From the NCBI RefSeq assembly GCF_001447785.1, contig NW_015163100.1, forward strand, positions 1,190,186 through 1,254,185: a DNA stretch of 64,000 nucleotides, in the 5' to 3' direction. This DNA is from Gekko japonicus (Eukaryota). Positions 20,861 through 33,929 of the stretch are shown piece by piece. The notes under the pieces are model-generated. The model was not told where the DNA came from and ran no database searches. It saw nothing but the letters and a program-made list of their open reading frames with translations. Position 1 is the first letter of the stretch; the number at the start of each line of letters is the position of its first letter. Made by a program: the position numbers and the translations under genes.

Positions 20861-21325
20861 ACATTCCAGTTACCACTAAGCTCACTGCTAGATTTCGCAC
20901 TCAGGCGATTAAAGTGCACCGTAAATTTCAGTCCTGCCCCTTTGAGGCTTGGCTTAGTTTCCCTCAGGAGGTCTATTACACAGCTCACATTCCTCTTAAA
21001 TCCCTTGGTTTAAATTTTAAAAATGGTCGCTTATGAAGTTATGTTATGTATTTTATAATCTATTTCCCTCTTTCTAATATAATATAAATTTATTTGGTTT
21101 TCTGTAAAATCTTATACTCCTATAGTTTAACTGGAGTTTTTAAACTTGTCTGTTTGAATACTTGAATAATGTTTATTTTTGTTCACTGGATCTGGTCGTG
21201 GGCCGTAATATAATACAACTGAATTGATAGCGGAGCCTCGTACGATCCTCGGAGATTTGAGCAGCTGCTCATCGGTCCTTTGGAAAAAGGGCCAAGAATT
21301 TCAAGTCAAGATTATAAAAACTGAA

Positions 21326-21331
21326 TTTATT
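21326..21331 (-). terminator. Candidate TERF2 polyadenylation signal
   Basis: tttatt on + strand ~470 nt beyond the TERF2 stop. Confidence 0.6.
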
Positions 21332-21796
21332 TTCATCCAAACTCCAACACTCTCCCAACTGTCAGTTCTACCAGAGACATAAAACAAGGAAATGTCTTTC
21401 TTTGTACAGTTTTATAGATTGTAACAAGAAGAATGTGGGAGGCCACCCCTCTTTCTCCAGCAGCAACTTGAGCCCTGCCCCTGAAGTTCACTATAAAGCA
21501 AAACAGAGTTACAACTGGAGTAATCTTCTATTCAGCCAGCAATGGGGAACCGCCAGCAACTCCACGGACTGTGGTGGCCACAGGACAAGGGAAGTGGTCA
21601 CGCTCCTGCCCCGACCACAGTGGGTGCTGTTCCCAAGGCCAGAGACCTGAGCCCCTGGTCTTCCTGCAACACTGCGCGGCCGTCCCAGCTTCCACCCGAG
21701 GGCACTGGCCGTGCAGAGGATGCCATGCCGAGCCACTCTTCGGCCACATGGACTTAAAGAGCACGTGGTAGCCTCCGCGGCTCTCCCAGAGTTCAT

Positions 21797-24700
21797 TCAG
21801 TTGAGACCCAGCTTCTTCATAGTTCGCCAGCGGTCCTTGATCATCACGGGAGTGCGCTTCTTAAAGCGGTAGGCTTTGAAAATGGCTTTCCAATTCCCTT
21901 CTCCAAACTTCTTCACGCCTGCCCGGATCCACTCTGTTTCCTCTGAAGTCCACTTCTGTGAAACGAAGGACAGAGACAACCAGGGGAGTTCTCCCGGGAC
22001 TGAAGCCCCCCTCCCCAAGGGCATCGCCAATCATGTCTTCTTCTGTCCACAAAGCTACAGTGGCCTCCCCCGCCCCATCTGAGAGGCGATGTAGCCCAAA
22101 GAGGGAGAGCCTGAGTGCAAGCTGGGAGATATTTCAGGACACTGAATCAAGGGAGCTGCCTTCAGGAAACAGCCCACCTCACAGGGCTACTTTACAGCAT
22201 TACTCCGATGAGATCCTGTGCCCCCCCACAGGCCCTTGGAGGAATTCTCAGAAGCTGCCGTTTTTTGGTCTAGTTGCCTTAGTCAGTAGGGGTTTACTGG
22301 ACAACACAGGTGGAAGGTGGGGGAAGAGAACTGCCGGGGAGCGGGCCCTTTCGGAGGGGCGTCTGCCTAGCGAGGCCTGTTGGTCGCCAGTTTGGGCTGG
22401 ATCAGTGCACACACACACACACACACACCCCTGCCGTTACCTGCTTTTTTGCTGCAGACATGACGGAAGTGTTGGTGCTCTCTCCCCCTGAAGACACTGG
22501 AAGACAAATCCAGTTAGAAGAAGAGGAGGAGGAGGAGGAGGAGGAGATTGGATTTATACCCTGCCCTTCACTACCCAAGGGAGTCTCAGAGCGGCCCACA
22601 AACTCCTTTCCCTTCCCCTCCCCACAACAGACAGACACCCTGTGAGGTGGGTGGGGCTGAGAGAGCTCTGACAGAAACTGCTCTTTTTCAAGGACAGCTG
22701 TGCCAGAGCTTGTGACTGACCCAAGGTCACATCAGCAGGTGCAAGTGGAGGAGCGGGGAATCAAACCCGGTTCTCCCAGATTAGAGTCCGCACACTTAAC
22801 CACTACACCAAACTGGCTCTCACTGGGGCAAAGACTAGCCACTCTGTGGCAAATAACCTTTCCCTTCTGCAGACACCAGACAGCCACTGCTTTATGTTGC
22901 CGTGAAAACGTCTCTAAGACGGCCTTCCCCCCCAGGCTCTTCGGCACCTTCCCACATAAGCCACTGAAAAGGTGGCCCGTCTCTAAGCGGGCGTTGGGGA
23001 GAATTGCTCCACCGGACCTGACCTCGGAAAGCGAGGCAGGCTAAAATCCCCTCCCCACCCCCCTGCTTGGCCAAGACAGGCAATTGGCTGCGGCCACAAA
23101 AGCACTAGTGACCTTGTAGGAGATGCTCAAGACACAACCAGGCAGCACTCCACTGGCCTGCTCCTCTGACTCTCACTGTCTCCCTAGGCAGTGAGTCACT
23201 AAAGACTGCCCCTGCTCTCGGATCCCCAGGGACCCGGACAAGTCTGCACTTCTACCACTAGACCCTCCCCTGGGGAAGCTGTCCCTGTGGGGTCTGGGTG
23301 GCACCCAGCAGAGGCACTCAAACTGGCACACTCACTGCGTTCAAAGAGTTCGTCCTCCCCACTCCAGGTCTCCTTCTCTTCTCCCACACTCCGTTTGGAC
23401 AGCCTGGATTCAACAGAGGAACAGAAGTTGTCTTGCAGCACAGTTCCAATGCTCTGGATTGCAAACAGGAAGCCCCTCTGCTTATTTTGCTTATCACCTG
23501 CTGCTTCTACTGGGGGGGGGCACTGAAGCTCTGCCATTCTCCGCACTCCACCCCTTCCGCACATTTTTCCTGTGTTTACAGCCACATGGGGGAGGGGGTG
23601 GAGGATGGCAGGAAGGGGATGCTGAACTTGCAGAGCGATCACAGGCATGGGAAACAGAGACAGCCCTCCCCCCAGAGGCATCACACTCAATAGGCCGTAC
23701 AGGGGGGAGATTCTGCCAGCACGGGACAGCTGGGCGTGGTGTAACAGTCATTCCCGGGTGCTCAACACATGCTACAAGGGCTCCTACTGTATTCCTTGAC
23801 ACAGGCCGATACCACCACCACCACCCATTTCACAGAAGCAGACCGCCCAACAGCTCCCCAACTAAGGTGAGAGCGGAAACCAAAAACTTCTGAGCAGCTC
23901 ACACAGAACCACTAGAACACTCCAGCTCCCCAGGATCACAACCACGGAACCCATCCCACACCTTGAAAACTGGGCACTACGTGGCGAGGTGGGTGTTTCA
24001 GCGTCTGCAGGCCGGGCAACTGGAGTCCCCGGTGGCTCCGGTGACGCTTCTGGACTGGCACACAAATCACAGGAGCACACTGTCTCAGACCCCTGGACCA
24101 GCCGGCTGATGGTCACCAAACACTTCGCCTTCTGGAACGAGGGAGGAGAGCCAGGGGGTGCCTCCTCTTCCTCCCTGCAGCGCTTTGCTCGGTGGGGCAC
24201 CGAAATCTGCTTGGGACAAGCCCAGTCTGTCTCGTCCAGCTTGGCAAAAGCCGCATCGGCATCTGCGGAGTCACACAGGGCCTTGAATGCTTCTCTCAGA
24301 GCAGGCAGGGTGTGGAAGGCTGGCCTCCGGTGGGGGTACCTGCAAAAACAGAGCCTCAGCGGGAGGGGGGGGAGGCACAGGCTGGGTTTCTCTCCCCACC
24401 GGTGAGCTAGGCTGCTCTGCCCGTCAGCGCCGCACAAGAAACTGCCTTGAGGCGGACGCCTTTTCCTCCGTATGAGTCTCTCATTAAACAGAACAGCCGT
24501 TCCATGGGCTAGATGGGCTTCTTGAGCAAGAAGAGGAAGGTTTGGACCTGCACAGAGCCCTTCCTCAGGCAGAACGGAGCAGAAGGCAAGGTCTCTGCAG
24601 CAGAGCGGGGCAGGAAAGCCGGGGCACTCTGTCACCTTACGGGCTTGTCTCAAAGATCTTCTTCAGCTCCTCAAAGGCAAAAGGCAGAGTCCCAGTCTCC

Positions 24701-27700
24701 TTCCGTTCCTTGGGCTCCTGAGACACCGGCAGCCCTTTCAGATGCCCGGGGGTTTCAGCCTCCTTTCTCAGGGGATTTCGTGAAGGCTACATTCAAGAAC
24801 CTTTAACGGGGATGACTAATTCAAATCAATACTTTTCAAACCACCAAGACCAGAAGGGCAGGTTTTCACATTATTGCATCTATGTATTTTCTAAAGAAGC
24901 AGGCAAACAAATGGGTGGCGACAATTTCAGTTTGGCACCAAACACAGCCTTTTTACCAAACTGGAGGGGGGGAAAGCGCACCCCTGTTGTATTCATTGTC
25001 CAGGAAGAAACTGTACAGGGGAGAAGCCACAAGGCCTGTGCTGGGAGTGCCCTGCACTTTCTCTTACTTTTAAAACTTATACCCTGCCCTCTTCCCTTGA
25101 AGCAGGTTGGGAGTGATTGATCTAAAATGCAACCATATAAACACGACCACCACATTTATGTATTCTTCATTTCTAGTTCTCCTTCCTCAACGGGCCTCCA
25201 CACAGGTCTAGAACGAGCCTCATACCTCCCCACGAAAGCCCACCCACAGAACTACCGCAACAAGACCCAGGCCCCTCAACTCCAAACTGTGTCTGGAAGG
25301 GGGAGAGACCCTTGTTGGCGTGGAAAGTGGGCCGTGGCATCTCTGCAGAGTGACTGTTTAGTCTGTATATGAATCGCCTGACTTTTGGCACAGAGCGGCA
25401 TCAGCAAGACACCAAGGGCAAGGCGATGCCCACCTGGGCCGGAAGGGCCCCCTCCGCCTCCCTTCACGGCCAGAAAGGTTCTACTCCTGTAGCAAAGTGC
25501 AGCAGAGGCTCCCTCTACTGGTGGCCGGAGTTACGTTTCTAGAGGCCAAAGATGCCTGTGTGCACCAACCTCTGGTTAAATGGAGACTTTTTATTGACTG
25601 ATCCTTTTATTTAAAACATGTATTAGCCGCCATTCTACCATGCAGGAACTCGAGATGGCTTAAAACGCAGACATAATGAAATACACAAAACCCCACAAAT
25701 TACAGCCAACAATGTAACTGTGCCAGTAGGCAGAAGGACTACAGCTAATCAAATGCCACCATGCATTAGACCGTCTTCAGCTGCCTCCTAAAGGCAGGTG
25801 CCCCTTGTGTACCCACCAGATGAGCTTCTTTGGTCAACAAGACAGTCAAGAGGGCCCCTCCCTGTGATGTTCGTTCCCAGGCAGGAACCAACCACATCGG
25901 TCTTTAAAAGTCAAAAACAACACCTTTAATTGGGCTCGAGTGGATCAGGAGCTAGTGTGGCACTGGGATCACATGATCCCAATAACTAACACAACGGGCA
26001 GCCTAGCTGCAGCATTCTACACTAGCTGCAGCCTCCAAACATTCTTCAAGGGGAGCCCCAAGTAGAGTGAATTGCAGTAGTCCAGTCTACATGTAATAAA
26101 GGCATGGCGCACCGTGGCTACTTCAGACTGAGCCAGCAGCAGGCACAGCTGGCACACCAGCAGGAGTTGACTGAAACCACTACAGCCACCCGGTTTTCTA
26201 TAATGACTGCTGAAGAAGAAGAGGTTGGATTTATACCCCGCCCTTCACTACCCAAGGGAGTCTCAGAGCGGCTTACAAACTCCCTTCCCTTCCCCTCCCT
26301 ACAACAGACACCCTGTGAGGTAGGTGGGGCTGAGAGAGCTCTGAAAGAAACTGCTCTTTTTCAAGGACAGCTCTTGCCAGAACCATGGCTTGCCCAAGGC
26401 CATCCAGCCAGGTACAAGCGGAGGAGCGGGGAATCAAACCCAAGCCCTCCCAAGCGGCTAACGTGGCTTTTCAAGGGGAGTACCACCCCACCCAGGACGG
26501 GGGTCTCATGTCCCTGGTCTGCCTTTCTACCAACCCAGAGAACCCTCTGTCTTGTCAGGATTACGTTTCAGCTTGTTCACCCTCCTCTAGCCCACTACGG
26601 ACTCCAAGGACTGGTTCAGAACATCAACGGCTCCCTTGGAATTAGGTGGGAAAGAAAGGCAGAGCTGGATATCTTCCGCAGGCCAGACCTCCTGATGGTT
26701 TCTCCTAGTGGCTTCATTTAGATACCAACTAGCACGGGGGATAAGACTGAGGCCCATGGAACCCTACAGGACCAGGGGCCGTGGGGCAGAGCACGAGTCC
26801 CCAGCGCCACCTTCTGGGACTGACCTCCCACATAGCGACTTGAACTGCCGGAGTATCCATCCTGGTGCTGAGAGGCAGCCCGGGAGGATACGACGGTTGA
26901 CGGTAGAGATCCAGCAGGAACTCGCTCCCCCAGTCTATATCTCGGTGGAGGTCATCAGCCGAGGTGACCAAAGCAGTCTCTGTCTGTCTCAAATCCCAGC
27001 CTGAAGCTAGGCTGAAATGGGTCCAGGAAATCAGTCTCTTCCAAGAACCCCAGGAACTGAGAAGCGACCACCCACTCAAGCAGGCCGGAAGTTCTCCAGC
27101 AGGGGAGGGCTCAGGAAGGGCTCATCCCTGCCGCCTTCAGCACAGCTCCCGCTCTCAAGGAAGAACTCACCACTCTCCCCCCCCTCACCCACTCCATCAG
27201 TCCTCCCCTGGCAGCTTGGACCAGCTGGAAGGGCAGAGGCTGAGGACACAGGTTGCACGCGCCTCCCCCCACCAAGGATCCTGCCCACCTCCTTGGACAC
27301 CACAAGGCTGAAAGGCAGCCACATAAACTGGGCAAGCAGCAGATGCCAAAGGCAGTTATCATCTGAATATGCATCCCTGCCAGCATCTAACCCACAGCGG
27401 ATCTGGTGGATTTTGTAGTCTACTACAAGGCAGCACTTTTTTTTTCAAAGCAGGTAGATTTAATTTTCCATCCTGGCTGCCAAAGATGAGGCTCAGCCAG
27501 AAGGGCTCTGGGGAGTAGTGAAGCCCCCCCCCCGCTCTCCCAGGAATGACTGACAAGGCGCCTGTCGCCACGGGTATTCGAGGCCAGGCAGGATGATGAC
27601 GAGAGGTCTTGCAATGGCCATCTGTCCGGAGCTCTGGGAGTGCTAAGGGCACCAAGCCAACCAGCCAGCACATCACTTGGCACCCTCAATCTAGCAGGGC

Positions 27701-30700
27701 CAGCACACGCTTGCTCACTCGCTCTCTCGCACAGACACACACACAAGACACAACTCCTCCCCAATCGCCTCTTGGCTCTGCTGCATCAGTGGCAATGGGG
27801 GTGCTAATGCAGAACACCAGAAAAGCCACTATGACACTTCCGGTTTCCCAACACCTTCCCTTCCGAGAATGGCAGCATTGTGAGTGGAGAAACAGTCAGC
27901 GGCCCAAGAACGGCAGTGTTGTATTCCTGACCCCTGCGCTGTTCTGCTGACCCAGGGGGTCACTCACCTGCCCACAGCCTCGGGAGTCTCCAGGGCAGGG
28001 GGAGGCTCCTCCCTCCCGGAAACTCCAGGGGGCTCCGCTCTCTGACTCGCAGCCGCCACTCGCTCATCCGTTGCTCTCTCCGGTTCTGAGACGGGGACCT
28101 CTTCCACAGGTGGGGGCAGCCTCGCGTCCCCATCACTGGCTCCCGCCAAAGCCTCTGTCCTTTCTTCCTTCCTGCCTCTGGCCTCACCTTCCTTCAGGGG
28201 CTTGGTCAAATCCCTACTGGATCTTCCCGTGGATCTGTCCTTTTTTGCTCCTGCCGACCCAGTCGCTTCCTCCGTGTCCTCTGAGACCACCAACTCCTCG
28301 CTGGCTGCCCCCAAAGGACTAAGCCTGGGGGCTTCTGTATCAGCCAAGTTCTTTCTTGCCATCTTAAACAGAGAAGAAGGAGAATTGACTTTATATTCTG
28401 CCCTTCACTCAGAGTCTCGGAGCAGATTACCATCTCCTTCCCTTCCTCTCCCCACAACAGACACCCTGTGAGGTAGGTGAGGCTGAGAGAGCTGTGAGAG
28501 AACTGCTCTTGAGAGAGCTGTTACTGACCCAAGGTCACCCAGCTGGCTGCATGTGCAGGAGTGGGGAATTAAACCCGGTTCTCCAGATTTGAGTCCCCTG
28601 CTCTTAACCACTACACCAAACTGGACAGACAGACTCACTCACAGGAAAAAAAACCTCCCCTTGTTCATTCCAGTTTTCTAATTTGGCATACCTGCCCTAT
28701 GCAATCTCTGACCTTGGGGTTGGCAAGCATGCACCCTGGCCCACTTGAAAACAGCTTCTTCCTAAGACAGCCCCCAAGTAAAAGGCCAGAACTGGACAGG
28801 CCACAGGAAAGGTGATGCTTCTGCTACAGCAACTGCGCTGCACCAACAACATGCGTTCCTGGCGCGTAGGGGAGGGCCCTTGGCTCAGTGGCAGAGCATC
28901 TGGTCAGCATGCGGAAGGTCTCAGGTTCAATCCCCGGCCGCATCTCCAGTTAAAAGGACCAGGGGCAGGAGGTGATGTGAAAGAACTTTCTCCGCCTGAG
29001 ACCCTGGAGAGCCACGGCTGGTCTGAGCAGACAAGACTGATTTGGGTGCTGGACCACGTGTTTGATCCAGGATAAGGCAGGTTCACGTATGTTCAAGCTG
29101 TCTGAGCTGAGCCCAGCAAACGAAGAGGAAGGCAAGGGTGCCGACCTCGAGGAGGAAGGGCTCAGAATCATCCAGGTAGTCTTCCAAACAGAGAAGAACG
29201 TCTTGCTGGAAGGCCTTGAAGGAGAACTTCCAAATCGTTGGATGAGCGAAGTTCTTCTCTCGGATGATGCTCTGCAAGGCCACTCTTGTCTTCTAGGCAA
29301 AGGAAACAGAGGGGACTCAGTGCAACTGACGGGTGGAGGAAGGCACTTCCACTGCCTGGAGCATCTCGAACTCAGTACTCCAGCACCAGACCACATGAGC
29401 ACCTCTCTACTTTTTTCCCAAGGGTCTGAGAGTAATGGTGATGGCAGAGATGTTGTGGGGCACAAACCAAGCCAGACTTGTGGCTCTCTCAGCAAAGGAG
29501 ATGTAAAATTTCCAGAAATTCTGAAGCCATGGGGGGAATGGAAATTTTGGGGAGGAAATGGAAATATATGTAATAGTTTTCTATCAAGCCTAAACTTCTT
29601 TCAGTGATTTAGCAATGCAAAATGCATCATTTATAACTCTTTTAGCACATAAAATTGTACTATTTGGCATTTTCATGGAACTATGTCTTCATTTTCTTTA
29701 AGAAAAATGTCAAGTATACCCAATACCTGGGAAAGAGCCGCAAACTGCTCCTGCACCCTGTGCTACCATAGTACATGTATCTTTTGTTTTTGCCACCTAA
29801 GAAGTAGGCAAAAATAAAAGTTGAAAGCAGAAAACACATTCTACAGTAAAGAAAAGAAAGCTTATTATCTGGACTGAATCACAATAGGTAAAACTACCAG
29901 AATGTTTGGATATGAACCTAAAGTCTGTTACATTGAAAATGCTGAACTTTTTAATGTGTTATGATTGAACACACTACAGTGTTCTGTTGCCAAAAATGTT
30001 CATTTATACAACAAAAAATTCTTGAAAAAATTGTAGACATCTACAGTGTAAGAGTCGGTTTTTTAAACATTACTCCCCCAAATTTCCCAATGGAAAAACT
30101 GAAAAGTCCTCCAACTTTTTCATGCTACACATTTCGAGATTTTTCCCTAGTGCTCCCCCAAATTTTCCATCAGAAAAACTGGAAAGGTGGGGGGGGAAGG
30201 CTGTTGGAAAAATACTGTGTTTGTTCTGGGCCTCCACATCTCTGCTAAGCAAGGAGGGAAGCTGCCCGAGCACCCCAGGTTTCGATTGGTCGGTGAAAGA
30301 AGGACCAGCAATTCCCAGCCGTGCTTCATATAATCCCCCCCCCATTCCAGCAGGAACCCTCACCTGGATGCTCGGGTCCTTTGACATCTGCATCTTCAGA
30401 AGTCTGTTGGCTTTTTCAAATTCCTGGTTCTTAACACAGGCAATAACAGCCTACAGAAGCAAGAAAAGAATGGTGAGCATTTTAATAAGCCAGATAAAAA
30501 GGTACTGGTCAAGGACCTCCACGTTAGGACAGTTATGAGCGACAGGATAAGGGGCACAGAGCTTATCATTAACAGGTTGTCACCGGCTCCTCTGAAGTTA
30601 ACTGGTAATCCCAAAACAACTGGAAGTTCCTACCTGGGTCTTCCAAGGTCTGCGGAGAAGAACTTCTTTTTCTCAAGGAAAAGGGGGCTTTAAATACCAG

Positions 30701-33675
30701 TATTTTGCAGGCCAGCAGCTTTAATGAAATAGTTTGTTCACGTGAGTTGCCCTTCCCGCTCTCTCAACATGCCATAAATAACTAAGCACTGCCAATCTCG
30801 TAAGAATTCTCATGGTCTCATAATTTAGTGGTGAACCAAGAAAAAGCAAAGTCTGAGGTCTACATTATAGTCCTAATAAAAATCTCTTCTTTCCCTCCTC
30901 CTCCTCCTTTATAGACTTCGGGTCACAAAACAACAGCCGCTGACCTCAACACACTTGTGGGTTAATGCCCAGAAAACAGCAAAGACCATCTAAAGAAAAC
31001 AGCATCTTCATTCTTACAGCTTCCTTTATTTTTCTTCTCAGCTCCTCTATGACTTTTGCATCCAGCTGGCGTTCACGTTTCATTGTCTCCAGAAAAACAA
31101 GTGCACTTTCAAAAGGCATCTGCTCGGCTCCTGAATCGGTAGTCCAGTCTACAATACATAGGAAGAATTCCGGTTGCCACTAAAACGTGATTTCTCTCTA
31201 AGATAGTATCTCTCTCTACACCGCCCCCCTTCCATAGCGAATAAAGCATCCTTCCTGCAAGCACATTGGTTCCACTGCAAACTTTTACATTTAACAGGGA
31301 AGCAGCTGGTGCTGCCCCTCCTTTCCACACCTCCGATTGTTCCTTTCTCTCTTTGGGCTACTGCAGGGTTAGGGTGAAGGAGAGGCGGAAAAGGGATGCA
31401 CTTGGCTTCCTGCGAGCTCTATGTCCGCCAGCACCACAAGCTACCTCCCCCCCTCAAAACAGCCCAGGAGCATCTTCCCAAGAACAAATGCACTTGGCTT
31501 CCTGCGAGCTCTATGTCTGCCAGTACCACAAGCTACCTCCTCCCCTCCTTAAAACAGCCCAGGGGCATCTTCCCAAGAACACAGCATCTCAGGAGCCCAA
31601 CTTCAACCTGCACTCACTCTCTTCAAGTCGGGACAGAAGCTGGACAATCCGCAGCTGAAGATGAATGCGTTGCTCCAGAGCCAAGGGCCGCACAAGCACA
31701 GCTGGAGGAACAGAAGACAGGCAGTTAGGCAGCCACAAAGCCAACACATCGCCCGGCTGGCTGAGCAGGGAAGCACGCTTTCCTCTTCACACACTGCCCC
31801 TTGCACATGACAACGGTCAGTCAGGTACAAACGTACAGGCTGCAGCTCCACTTCGGCAACCTCTCCAGCCCATGAAACATGAATGCTTCCCCACTGCTGT
31901 TTTCAGCAAGCCCACTCAGGAACCCCGAGTCAAAAGCTACCCCTCCCAAACAGCGAAAAAGCACAAATGTGCGTGCCAGCAAAGAGACACACCCTTATGG
32001 GAAATATACAGTCGTGCAGCTTTTGAAAGCACACTCAAAAGATGCTCCATCCTCTCCCAACAGTTTGCTGCAGAGAACCGTCATGAAAGACGGAGGCAGA
32101 GACACAGAGCTGCTTGGACCCAACAGTGAGACATCCCGTCCCCCAACTCCTGGGCGGCCTGAGAGGCAAGAATTGGTTTTTTAAAACAGGGCAGCAGAAC
32201 TCTGGCTGATCAAAAATCAAGGTAAAGCACTGCTTTAAAACAAGTGTCCAACATTCTCATTTAAAACATATGTGCCTTGGTTGCTTGCTAGAACAGTTTG
32301 AGCATGTCTGTTTTACAACTGAATCCAGACACATTATGGTCTGAAACCAAACCTGAGACCAGGAGCCTGCAGTCTGGCAGCTTCACTGCTCAGCCTCTCG
32401 GCCAAGGCAAAGTTTCTCCCACCTGCCGGGGCACTCTGCCTTGGAACACTGAACAAGCCATGGGCATGGACAGTGAGAAACTGCCACCAGTCATGGGAGG
32501 GGCACAAGACAGACAACAGGCAGAAGGGCTGAAGGACAATTGGGGTTTGGGTGGCAGCAAGTCAGGCCCGTGAAATGCACCCACCCTTTTGGGCAACCCC
32601 TCTGGATCAAAAGATAGGATTACAACAAGCAGCAGCTGGATAAGATCTACTTGTTAAATGGTTAAGCTGATCTAGGTGCATGAACAGAATGATTCTACCT
32701 ATGCAAAACTTAAGTAGTTACAATGAGTACAGACTCCATATTTGGTGTATGTTAGTCTTTGTTTGTAGTTGTCCTTTTCTTTCTCTTTTGAAAAACTAAT
32801 AAAACTCTTTTAAAAACACACACACACACACACACACACAAGCAACAGCTCTGGCTATTACTCCAAGACCTGCATCTATGCAACTGTGACTCTGAGTATG
32901 TTTGTTTGGCTTGTGCTGCAAACATGCAAGCAGAGATGGAAAAGTTCCTGAAATATTGAAGATATGCAAGGGGGGGGGATTCTCCCCCTCCCCTGTTGTG
33001 TGTGTAGGGTTGGTTTTTTTAAAAACTTTGGTGTGGAAAACTTTGGAAACAAAACTATATGCAGTCCTCACTTTCAGTGACCGGGGGCTGTCTGGGAGAA
33101 TGTTCCCGAAAACTCTCAAGTGTTCTAAATGACCTGATCTGATTTAGCGCTATTTGTTTGACTTGTTTTTTTCCACTCCCCCCGCAGAGATTCTCCCTTG
33201 AGAAGCGCACAGAAGATCTCACGCTGAGTAAACAGAACTAAAAATATACCCTCTCCATCAATTCTATGTGCATGCAGCATAGATCTACCGGAAGTTTTCT
33301 CAATGCCCACAAAATATTTTTAGCTGGAATATCGGGGGGGGGGGACACGGGCCACCCCTTCCCCCCCAAGCCTAAACCCCGCCTGCCCAGGGTCCCGCCC
33401 TTAGGATCTCCAGGAAATTCCCAACCGGGAGATGGCAACCATCCCGACCGCCCCCGCCCCCGGCGGTCTCCTCCTCCTCCTCCTCCGCCGGGTGAAGGGA
33501 GCCTCCTGCCCGGCCGCCCGGCCCGCGCACCGTGGAGGATGTCGCGCAGCTGGCGGAAGTCCTGGCTGCGCCCGGCGCGGAAGGCCTGCACGGCCCGGTG
33601 GCAGTAGAAGAGGACGACCCAGCGGTCCACCGCCTCGTCCAGCGCCCGGCCGCGCGCCTCCGCCATCGCCGCCAT
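21797..33675 (-). CDS. TERF2: Telomeric repeat-binding factor 2 (true start may lie further upstream, in or beyond N-gap 33718-33841)
   Basis: Exons >=33675-33531, 31701-31618, 31148-31018, 30450-30364, 29292-29146, 28362-27968, 24339-23962, 23403-23336, 22487-22441, 21955-21797, all phase-compatible; TRFH ([11 protein letters not shown]...DFRQLRDIL), RAP1-binding motif (ALREAFKAL...AAFAKLD), TIN2 motif (VTISRLV), iDDR-like [13 protein letters not shown], Myb/telobox ([10 protein letters not shown]...[12 protein letters not shown]). Confidence 0.95.
22517..22820 (-). mobile_element. Squam3-like SINE
   Basis: Full head-to-tail copy with (CCT/CTT)n tail. Confidence 0.85.
25590..27010 (-). mobile_element. 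Degenerate L2-type LINE fragment interrupted by a SINE
   Basis: Minus strand encodes ...[11 protein letters not shown]...LQLV*NAAARL-like RT C-terminal motif at ~26000-26090; boundaries approximate. Confidence 0.7.
26212..26441 (-). mobile_element. Squam3-like SINE (5'-truncated) nested in the L2 fragment
   Basis: Tail and core match the other copies. Confidence 0.8.
28371..28624 (-). mobile_element. Squam3-like SINE abutting the TERF2 exon 6 acceptor
   Basis: Head at 28624; pyrimidine tail ends ~8 nt before the exon start. Confidence 0.8.
28868..29094 (+). mobile_element. tRNA-derived SINE with CR1-like 3' end (Squam2-like)
   Basis: A box tggctcagtgg, B box ggttcaatccc, 3' end ataaggcaggttcacgtatgttc. 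Confidence 0.65.
29496..30244. mobile_element. Non-autonomous hAT-like DNA transposon
   Basis: Ends ..gagatgt / acatctc..; subterminal ggaaa/tttcc repeats; 7/8 TSD ctcagcaa / ctaagcaa. Confidence 0.55.
31396..31581 (+). repeat. ~92-bp tandem duplication in TERF2 intron 2
   Basis: atgcacttggcttcctgcgagctctatgtc... at 31396 and 31488. Confidence 0.85.
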
Positions 33676-33929
33676 CGCCGCCGCCCCCCGCCCGCCTCCC
33701 CCGTTGATGCCGCCGCCNNNNNNNNNNNNNNNNNNNNNNNNNNNNNNNNNNNNNNNNNNNNNNNNNNNNNNNNNNNNNNNNNNNNNNNNNNNNNNNNNNN
33801 NNNNNNNNNNNNNNNNNNNNNNNNNNNNNNNNNNNNNNNNNCCTCCGGGCCGAAACCCGCTCGCTCGGGGGGGGGAGAATGGGCCGGCCTGCCCCCCCCC
33901 CCGGCGGGGTTGTTGTGGGAGAGGCATCC

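Noticed and set aside
24641-24786. Possible extra TERF2 exon (tag|CCTTCA...CC|gtaagg) encoding ...[14 protein letters not shown], vaguely like a RAP1-binding motif
   Set aside because: Open only in phase 0 while exon 6 ends in phase 2; weak pyrimidine tract; exons 6 and 7 already join in frame
31364-31380. GGGTTAGGG inside TERF2 (also ~42477) as an autoregulatory telomeric site
   Set aside because: Single repeats are expected by chance; no array
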